Shown: positions 55,975-64,000 of the stretch, in pieces
Layout: each line of letters starts with the position of its first letter
How positions within the stretch are numbered: position 1 is the stretch's first letter
Assembly: GCA_937625935.1 (NCBI GenBank)
Contig: OW569363.1
Location: 1-64,000 of the forward strand
Source: Tetramitus jugosus
Lineage: Eukaryota > Protista > Heterolobosea
DNA: 64,000 nt
Direction of reading: 5' to 3'
Made by a program: the position numbers and the translations under genes
Notes under the pieces: model-generated
Seen by the model: only the letters and a program-made list of their open reading frames with translations
Told to the model about the DNA's origin: nothing
Database searches by the model: none

Positions 55975-57612
55975 TTAGTTTCTTATCCCACCACCAAACG
56001 TTGCTGTTGCTGACAAGAACTCACAATGCTTGATCACTTTTTCGACGAAAGCATTGTCTCGTCCACAATTAAACCAACTAAGTGAGCAAAGATCCTTCAA
56101 ATACAGAAATGCTTTCTCTGTTATCGATTCTTGAACACATCCGTCCAGTGTAAGTTTTTGGACACTAGTCAAATAAAGAAATGCATCGTCTGTGATACTT
56201 GTACAATAACTCATATCGAGTGTATGAATACCGACCAAATGAGAGAATGCATTATCTGTGATTTGCATACAGCCACTCATATATAGCGTATGAATGCCTT
56301 TCAAATGAGTGAATGCATTGTCTGTGATACTCAGGCAACCACTCATGCTGAGTGTATGAATGCCAGTCAAATGTGCGAATGCGTTGTCTGTGATTTGACG
56401 GCAACCACTCATAAAGAGTGTATGAATGCCAGACAAATGCGTAAATGCAGTGTCTGTGACTTGAGTGCAATAGTTCATAGTGAGATTGTGAATACCAGTC
56501 AAATGACGAAATGCAGTGTCTGTGATTTGATCGCAATTAACCATGGAGAGTGTATGAATGCCAGACAAATGACAAAATGCGTTGTCCGTGATTTGACTAC
56601 AATAGTTCATAATGAGAGTGTGGATGCCAGTCAAATGACGAAATGCGTTGTCTGTGATTTGTTCGCAAGCACTCATGGAAAGTGTATGAATGCCAGACAA
56701 ATGACGAAACGCATTATCTGAGATTTGTCTGCAACTGACTAAGTGTAGTGTATGAATACCAACCAAGGGAGAAAATGCTTCGTCTGTGATATTTTCGCAA
56801 TGACCCAGATAGAGTGTATGAATGCCAGTCAAATGAGTGAATGCACTGTCCGTAATTTGTTTGCAACCGATCATGTGGAGTGTATGAATACCAGTCAGAT
56901 GAGTAAATGCAGTGCCCGTGATTTTGTTACAACCATTCATAGAGAGTGTGTGAATACCAGTCAAATGACGAAATGCATCATCTGTGATATTCGTATAGCT
57001 CATACCAAGAGTATGAATGCCAGTCAAATGAGAAAGAGCAACGTTCTTGATTTGTCTGCAACCGTCCATATACAGTGTGTGAATGCCAACCAAATGTGCA
57101 AATGCATCGTCAGTGACCCAACTACAACCACCCATATAGAGTGTATGAATGCCAGTCAAATGAACAAAAGCATTGCCTGTGATGTGTTTGCAATCATTCA
57201 TACATAGTGTGTGAATGCCTTCCAAGTACTGGAAATGCTCGTCCACCACACTCAAATTTCCGTTAAAGTTAACATTAAACAATGTTCCTTTTCCCAATCG
57301 AAGCCAATGTTCAATTTCTTCTCTATCCAAGCTGGCCTTTAGTGTTCTCTTCTTGCTGGACATGAGAGATCGATTGAATTTGAATTGATTGATTCCTTTG
57401 CAAGTGTAACTCAATTTCAACCATACACGAGTGTTACAAAATTCAACAATGTTCGACCAGATATCACTGAAAAGAGAAGAACAAATTTCAACTAAAGTTG
57501 TGACAGTTCTTTTGCTTGTTTTCTTCATTGTGTCTGTTTGGACGTTTTTTGAGATCTGGAAAACCAACCGGATTTTCCGGAGAACGTCCACAGCTACAGT
57601 GCTTTGCTTCAT
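55975..57612 (-). CDS. Leucine-rich-repeat protein (~18 x 22-aa Cys-containing LRRs) with degenerate F-box-like N-terminus
   Basis: Repeat consensus ITDxAFxHLTGIHTLxMxxCxQ; 66-bp DNA periodicity at ~56110-57245; LFSDIWSNIVEFC...LSYTCK is F-box-like. Confidence 0.9.
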   Translation of the reverse strand: MKQSTVAVDVLRKIRLVFQISKNVQTDTMKKTSKRTVTTLVEICSSLFSDIWSNIVEFCNTRVWLKLSYTCKGINQFKFNRSLMSSKKRTLKASLDREEIEHWLRLGKGTLFNVNFNGNLSVVDEHFQYLEGIHTLCMNDCKHITGNAFVHLTGIHTLYMGGCSWVTDDAFAHLVGIHTLYMDGCRQIKNVALSHLTGIHTLGMSYTNITDDAFRHLTGIHTLSMNGCNKITGTAFTHLTGIHTLHMIGCKQITDSAFTHLTGIHTLYLGHCENITDEAFSPLVGIHTLHLVSCRQISDNAFRHLSGIHTLSMSACEQITDNAFRHLTGIHTLIMNYCSQITDNAFCHLSGIHTLSMVNCDQITDTAFRHLTGIHNLTMNYCTQVTDTAFTHLSGIHTLFMSGCRQITDNAFAHLTGIHTLSMSGCLSITDNAFTHLKGIHTLYMSGCMQITDNAFSHLVGIHTLDMSYCTSITDDAFLYLTSVQKLTLDGCVQESITEKAFLYLKDLCSLSWFNCGRDNAFVEKVIKHCEFLSATATFGGGIRN

Positions 57613-57696
57613 CCATAGACAAGCAACAGTCTAAAGCACATTCCAAACAACAACTTTGACCGAATCAGAACAAATGTATGTTTATCGTAGATTCTG

Positions 57697-58152
57697 TTAG
57701 AAAACTCTTTGAGTGCTATCTACTATAATGGTAACAGGGCCGTCATTACTCAACTTGACATCCATCATCTCACCAAAAGCACCCATTTGGACACGATCTT
57801 CACTGTAACCCGTTTGCACCTGTTTCACAAAATCGTCAAAGAACACTCTGGCACGATCTGGACTCATGGCCCGATGAAAATCGAGCTTTGTGCCCTTGAA
57901 GACAGAAAACAGAGTGAACTGGGACACGAGCAACACTTCATAGTTCATATCCTTGACAGATTTGTTCCATCTCTTGCCTTCATGATCCCAGAACCTCGTT
58001 GTCAACACTTTTTTCATTATATAGTCCGCATCATCCTTTGTATCCTTTTCTGTGATACCTACGAGTACCATAAGACCCTTGCCAATCTCTGAAACGACCT
58101 TTTCATCGACAGAAACACTTGCATTTGTCACTCTTTGAATCACTGCTCTCAT
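57697..58152 (-). CDS. DTD1: D-aminoacyl-tRNA deacylase
   Basis: MRAVIQRV, VSQFTL and NDGPVT signatures. Confidence 0.97.
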   Translation of the reverse strand: MRAVIQRVTNASVSVDEKVVSEIGKGLMVLVGITEKDTKDDADYIMKKVLTTRFWDHEGKRWNKSVKDMNYEVLLVSQFTLFSVFKGTKLDFHRAMSPDRARVFFDDFVKQVQTGYSEDRVQMGAFGEMMDVKLSNDGPVTIIVDSTQRVF

Positions 58153-58375
58153 TTTCTTTTTCTATCGTGGTTTTGTTTACTCCGATGAATAGCCGGAGAA
58201 TCGCAAGAATTGAATTCCACAAATGACGAAGTTTCAACAACGAAGAAACAAAAACAAAAAAACGGGAAAAAACAAAAAAACGAGATCATTGAAATCTGCT
58301 CTTCTTTTTTGATCCAATTTTTTTTCTCCTTGTTGCCCCACTCTCAATCTCTCACTTCCCATCATCATCATCATC

Positions 58376-59029
58376 ATGTACTTTAGTATCGTCCTAGAAA
58401 AACAAATTCAATTGGCGCCAAAATATTTTGGTCCGCAACTACAGCAAACTTTGCGCCAAAAATTATCTTCCGACGTGGAAGGTCAATGCACACACAGATA
58501 TGGTTACATTGTAGCTGTGACTGAAATTGAACATATTGGCAATGGAAAAATTAGTGAATCCAATGGTTATGCTACGTTTCCAGTCAGATACAAGGCTATT
58601 GTCTTTAGACCATTCAAAAATGAAGTGGTGGATGGTATTGTTACCACTGTGAACAAGGTGTGTGTGTGTGGTATTCATGTGTTTCATCTCATCTCTCAAT
58701 TTTTTTTTTGAAAATTTTTCAGCTTCGATTGACGCTTTAGCTCTCGCTTACACGATTATTTAAAATCAAAAATTCATTCACGGGACATACAGTTTGGATT
58801 CTATGTGACTGTCGGACCCATGACTCTGTTCATTTCTAGATTACAAATTCCAACAGAAATGGTGTTTGATGCCGATAGTACAACACCGTGCTATGTAGGT
58901 GACGAAGGAAACAAGATTCAAAAGGATTCTGAAGTGAGATTGCGCATATTGGGATTCGAGTTGAAAGAAGGTGGATTCTCTGGTGTTGGTACTGTCAAGT
59001 ATGACTATTTGGGACCTACTCAATCATAA
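58376..59029 (+). CDS. RPB7: RNA polymerase II subunit RPB7, 2 exons
   Basis: L.PKYFGPQL...VEGQCTHRYGYIV...YKAIVFRPFKNEVVDGIVTTVNK|FGFYVTVGPM...DYLG; intron 58658-58792. Confidence 0.96.
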
Positions 59030-59389
59030 TCATAATCAGTTGGATCATCTGCGCACATACACATTTATTATATTTGTTGTTGTTGTTGTTGATACATGAC
59101 AATGACCGATTACAGCAGCGATGATAATGATGCATATATTTATGTGATGATGATTACAATGTATACATACATATATATATTGATGATGATCAGATATGAA
59201 ATAACAAACTATTCAACTGTGCAGAGTAAGAACGCAACTCTGATATTTTGATCATTTATATATTTATTCATGATGGAGAAAGCACCCACCGACCTACTTT
59301 CTGACCTACAATGCATGCACGAAGAAACCACCCACACCTTTCAATAAAAACAAGAGAAATAGATGAATGATCACACAAGCTTTATTCTC

Positions 59390-60609
59390 TCAATTTTGAG
59401 CCTGTCTCATTTGCTTGAATTTTGACACCTTTTTCTTTGCTGCTGGCTGTTGCGCTTGCACTGCTTCGACAAATGGTGCTTGTGCTTGTTGTTGTTGAGT
59501 TGCGTTCTGTGCAGTGCTACTTCGCTCCACAACCTGTCTAATCACATTCGTTTGTGAACTCGTTGGTTGACTCTTTGCTTCCGCTGTTTGGTTCTTCTTC
59601 TTCACTGGTTCGCTCACTGTTGTTGTTGTTGGTTTTGTTGGTTTTGTCATTGATAGAAGTGCACTTTCATCACCATAATTCACAGCAGCAGCAGCAGCAG
59701 TATTATTAAAGTACTTTGCAAATTCTCGTTCCAACTCTTCATCAATTTCTTTACTACCACCACCACCACTGCTACTACTACTATCATTATCATTCTTTTG
59801 ATTCGCAATGACATGTTGTTGTTGTTGTTGCAACATTTCTTGTTCTCTTCTTTCCAACTTGTCCTTCAATGTCATTTTTTTCTCTCGTTCTTCCTGTGCG
59901 ATTCTCTCTTGCATCTCTCGTTCATCATCTTCTTCTTCTTCGACCTTTAATTTTGCAAACAATTGTTTGAGTTGATCATTGGAGATGGTTTCATTCTTCA
60001 ATATGGTTGTTGTTGTTGTTGTTGTGGATGATGATGATGATGATGATGATGATGGTTTTGATAACTTTAGTGCTGCTTCATCATCATCATCTTCAATGTA
60101 CTCTTCTCTTATATCAACAATGTCACTTCTCTTGTATTCTTCAATCGCTTCCAACAAGTCTCTCTTGAGTTGTTCAGTCTCATCATTTGCTTCTTCTTCG
60201 TCTTCTTCTTCTTTTGTTTTTTCATTCTTGATATTTTTGTTGTTGTTGTTATTCTCGGTTGTTTTTGTATTCTTGTCAAATCGTACTGATTTTGTTTCTG
60301 TGATGCTTTGTTTTGCATTTGGTTGTTGTTTTAGCTTTTGTTGTATTGGAAGTGTTTCTTGTTGTTTTTGTTGTATGGTAGTCGTTGTTGTTGTTGTTGA
60401 TGATGATGATGATGATGATGTCTCATGTGCTGCCTGTTGATAGACAAATGGCTCTGGTTCAAAAGCAATGCCATTGATTCGCGCAAAAAGCTTTTTCAGA
60501 GCTTGTCTCTCATTGTGCAACCTCTCTTGCACGATACGCTCCCTCCGCTCCAAAATTTCTAGCGCCTTTTTTCCCGTACATTTCACAAAATAATTTTCTC
60601 CGAGTAACA
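59390..60609 (-). CDS. URI1: URI1/Bud27 unconventional prefoldin RPB5 interactor (3' exon; 5' exons unresolved)
   Basis: VLLGENYFVKCTGKKALEILERR (prefoldin alpha), DIREE, and C-terminal KKVSKFKQMR URI box. Acceptor CAG at 60612-60610; the 5' part lies toward the gap. Confidence 0.8.
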
Positions 60610-61012
60610 CTGTCCAATACAGTTCAATGCTTGGTTTGTGGGGTATGTTCCACTTCCCCCCATTCTAAGCTGTGATATCATCAACAATTCGTTTTTGGTC
60701 ATGCAACGATGTAATGGCTAAAATATGTCCAAATAAAGCCTTCCAATACGAATCTTTGGTTATTATGATTTGAATTTGATGACTAGTCATTGTTTGAGTG
60801 CGATTGTTTATGATTGATAGAAGAACTGGTGTCAACAAAAAAGTGGAACTTCAACAACACGAATAACAAGCAACACACGAACAAATGAATGCACAAGTCA
60901 ATTTTGATCCAAGTATATTGGTATTCACAAGAGTGAATGACATTCATTACTTCAATCTGACAAGTCTCATTAAGAACTACTGCACTAGAAGTGACAAGAA
61001 GCCGAAGAATTT

Positions 61013-61212
61013 NNNNNNNNNNNNNNNNNNNNNNNNNNNNNNNNNNNNNNNNNNNNNNNNNNNNNNNNNNNNNNNNNNNNNNNNNNNNNNNNNNNNNNNN
61101 NNNNNNNNNNNNNNNNNNNNNNNNNNNNNNNNNNNNNNNNNNNNNNNNNNNNNNNNNNNNNNNNNNNNNNNNNNNNNNNNNNNNNNNNNNNNNNNNNNNN
61201 NNNNNNNNNNNN
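61013..61212. other. Assembly gap (200 N)
   Basis: Run of N. Confidence 1.
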
Positions 61213-61338
61213 TCGCTGTTGTTTATGTTTTTTGATCGTGGAAACTGCGCAGAAACTTCTGGCGGAGGGAGGTCTGTGTAAAAAGTTACGCTTGAGGGCT
61301 CATTCCTTTTTATTGTTGAAACCTAAGAGAGGAAAAAT

Positions 61339-62895
61339 TTACATGAGGTATTCCATGAGAGCAAGGACACCACAGACTAAAGCTGCTGCATAGATGGCGA
61401 GCTGATACAAATTGGTACTGGATGAGTTGTGATCGTGGCTAGAGTCTCTAGGTTGAGTGCTGGTGCTTGGATTGCCACCTGTGCTTGTGCTCGTAGTTGG
61501 TTTGGATTGAGAGCCGCTTGGTTGAGTGGATGGAGCTGGAGCGACACCATGACCAAATGGCTTAACTTCAACCTTGGACAAATCAAGGGTTGTCTTTGTC
61601 ATTCCACCGAGTTCATACTCATTGCTGTTAAAATTGTATTGCTTGTATGAGGAGGTGTCGAGACCTTGTTTAAGAGCATCGAACACAACAGGCTTTCTGA
61701 CGACATCATCTGGAACAACAGATCCAGTCTTTGTACTGTTAGCTGTGGCGACGAATTGAACGAGACCCATTTGTTGTTGATTCTCAGGCTTCATGCTTTC
61801 TTCATTGTACTCGAAGAAGAGACCACCGATGGAACCATTCTCCATGTTTTCAACGATTCCCTTGTATTGTTGATTGATCCAATCAGGAACTCTGGCAGTG
61901 TGAGAATCTTGATCATGCATACCGAATTCACCAACCAACACTGGAACACCGGTGTCCTGACTCTTCTTGGCCCATCCGTCAAACTTGTTGTTGACATCAG
62001 GTTCCCATAGAGTATTCAAGTACACATCACGATAACCAGCATTTGTAGAGAACAAATCGACATCCAATTCGTCCATCAACAAGTTGTAGCTTTGAGGCAA
62101 ATCGACTTCGAATGTAGTAACAGGAATAATTCTGTTCCACTTCTTCAACGTGTACTCACGAACTCGAACAATCATATCATTCACAGTCTTTCTCAACTCT
62201 GGCTTTGTGTACAATCCGAGTTCGTTACCAATAGCCCACATCAATAGAGCTGGATGGTTACCAACTTCATCGACACGTGCCTCAATAAATCTTTGCAAAT
62301 CTTCAGTTGAGAACAAGGTAAGGATAGCCTCTTCGGAGACAATAGGAACAATCACCTTAATGTTATACTTGTGAGCAGTATCCATGAAGGTCTTGTGATC
62401 GGCAGCATATTGCTTGAATGTTTCGAACTTTGGATAAACTCCAGGGAACTTGTCGAACAACACCTTTGTGAATGATTCCATGTGGTAGATACGGATGGTG
62501 TTTGCGCCCAATTCTTGCATCAGGGGGAAATCACGCTCCCAAACAGCTTGCCACCAAGGAGTATCAGGAGCAGGAGAGCCCTTGTTATCACTGACAACAC
62601 CATCAAAGTAATCTTCATAGTAGCAGGCATTGTAAAACACTCCCTCATAATTGACCTTTCTGGAACACATGCCAGCAGTATTAGGTCTGCCCAAAGGTTG
62701 AGGAGAGTAGTTTAGACCCTTGATAAAGAATTGTTCAGAACCAGTGAACAACTTGTTATCCTTGATGAATACATCACTCTCATCATACTTGGTCTTCATG
62801 GTAATCTCACCATAAGTAGAGGCATACAGAGTAAAGAGCATGACAAGGGATAGCAACAGAGCTAGCCCAGATTTTTGAAGCTTGGATATGTTCAT
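61339..62895 (-). CDS. GPI-anchored clan GH-A glycoside hydrolase/transglycosylase (GH72/GH2-like)
   Basis: Signal peptide; FFIKGLNYSP, RDFPLMQELGANTIRIY, IGNE (acid/base), VGEFG (nucleophile), GGLFFEY; S/T/P linker and hydrophobic C-terminal tail. Confidence 0.85.
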   Translation of the reverse strand: MNISKLQKSGLALLLSLVMLFTLYASTYGEITMKTKYDESDVFIKDNKLFTGSEQFFIKGLNYSPQPLGRPNTAGMCSRKVNYEGVFYNACYYEDYFDGVVSDNKGSPAPDTPWWQAVWERDFPLMQELGANTIRIYHMESFTKVLFDKFPGVYPKFETFKQYAADHKTFMDTAHKYNIKVIVPIVSEEAILTLFSTEDLQRFIEARVDEVGNHPALLMWAIGNELGLYTKPELRKTVNDMIVRVREYTLKKWNRIIPVTTFEVDLPQSYNLLMDELDVDLFSTNAGYRDVYLNTLWEPDVNNKFDGWAKKSQDTGVPVLVGEFGMHDQDSHTARVPDWINQQYKGIVENMENGSIGGLFFEYNEESMKPENQQQMGLVQFVATANSTKTGSVVPDDVVRKPVVFDALKQGLDTSSYKQYNFNSNEYELGGMTKTTLDLSKVEVKPFGHGVAPAPSTQPSGSQSKPTTSTSTGGNPSTSTQPRDSSHDHNSSSTNLYQLAIYAAALVCGVLALMEYLM

Positions 62896-63223
62896 GGGAT
62901 AGATAGTACGAAGTCAGATCTGAGGGATATAAAGATATACAAATTGTGATATAGATGATTGTTTGTTGTTGTGTGAGAGGTGTTGAGACCAGATTGCGGA
63001 ACGAGAATTTAAATTAAGGGTCTGAACCTCTTGCACAATGGCTATCTTCGACGGAGCCACAATCTAATAATTATCATTTGAGAGAGAAGTGCCTTGATGT
63101 CACATATTTTATGGTTGCCCAAAAATAGTTTATCCGATCCGTGAAAATCGGAACCTTCTATTATCTTTTGTGTCACCCACAAACACAATAGAACAAAACT
63201 ACAAGCCCATTTTTGATTTTGGT

Positions 63224-63859
63224 ATGTTGGGAGAATCTGCAATTAGTCATTGGCATAGTAACAAGTGCGATCTGGCATCCGATAACGTCGTTTGTCTGGT
63301 GATTGATATTGTACATGATTTTATGTCACCGGATGGAGTTTTTTTTGGCGTCTACGGAGCGGAAGATTCCGCGCCTGTCCATAATGTGAAGGATCAGATT
63401 GAACAACTGTTATTACAGTGTCAGGATAAGGGAATTTCGGCGATTGAGTGCAGTTCGGAATACACTTACAAGCAGTTTAGAACAAAGGGACTAGAGAATC
63501 TGTGTGTGAGTGATGAAGGAAGACAGAGTTGCCTGCCTTCTCATTTTTTCAAGCTTCGTGTGACCAAGAACACCAATGGCTTGTTTGATTTGGTCGACAA
63601 GGAGTTATTGAATGAGTTGGAGAAAGAGCTAACAGACAAGTATGTGCTTGTTGTGGGTGTAACGACTAGTTCATGCATACGTCAGAGTGTTCATGCGCTG
63701 ATTGAACGCAACTTCAAAGTGATTGTTGCAAGAGATGCAGTAGCCTGTCGCAAGAGTCAATCACTGAATGGAGAGAAAACATTGAATGGGTGGTCATTGG
63801 ATAGTGAGAAGCGTGTATTTGTGTTCAACTCTTGGAGAGATGTCTTGTCATTGTTGTAA
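63224..63859 (+). CDS. Isochorismatase-like cysteine hydrolase
   Basis: LVIDIVHDF (catalytic Asp), VTKN (Lys) and VGVTTSSCIRQS (Cys)...VIVARDAVA. Start uncertain. Confidence 0.88.
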   Translation: MLGESAISHWHSNKCDLASDNVVCLVIDIVHDFMSPDGVFFGVYGAEDSAPVHNVKDQIEQLLLQCQDKGISAIECSSEYTYKQFRTKGLENLCVSDEGRQSCLPSHFFKLRVTKNTNGLFDLVDKELLNELEKELTDKYVLVVGVTTSSCIRQSVHALIERNFKVIVARDAVACRKSQSLNGEKTLNGWSLDSEKRVFVFNSWRDVLSLL

Positions 63860-64000
63860 CACCTATTGACACTACCAGAGCTTTTATTACTCAATGAATA
63901 AACAAGTTTTACTCACAACAATCGTTTGCCGGAGACATGTCATGATCTCTTTTCATGAGGAGAAAGAGAACATCCATGTGCTTATTCGCCCTGAACAGCT

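Noticed and set aside
60885-61281. ORFs spanning the N run
   Set aside because: Artefacts of the assembly gap.

Overview
This window is the left end of a eukaryotic (protist) chromosome. It opens with ~790 bp of a non-canonical (CCCAAA)n / (TTTGGG)n telomere. About 5.6 kb of decayed subtelomere follows, holding two divergently oriented, paralogous tyrosine-recombinase pseudogenes, a USP deubiquitinase fragment and an array of GC-rich palindromes. The rest is a gene-dense arm of about 33 protein genes in the standard genetic code, with short GT-AG introns and many poly-N/Q/S/T tracts. The actin sequence resembles Naegleria-type actin, so the host is inferred (not proven) to be a heterolobosean amoeba or amoeboflagellate; DNAAF4 implies a flagellate stage. 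The first intact gene is an intronless, minimal class II (NrdJ-like) ribonucleotide reductase. It has an altered catalytic finger loop (VPCGE instead of NPCGE), no ATP-cone and an apparently deleted specificity loop, and is the most unusual gene here. Other notable items are a membrane-anchored bacterial-type D-Ala-D-Ala dipeptidase next to a BPI/LBP gene, tandem membrane-anchored ZCCHC24-type 3CxxC zinc-finger genes, a 22-aa LRR array protein, a divergent dynamin-like GTPase, an ~810-aa uS9m and a GPI-anchored GH-A glycosidase. A 200-N assembly gap lies at 61013-61212. All calls come from motif recognition by eye; no database searches were run.
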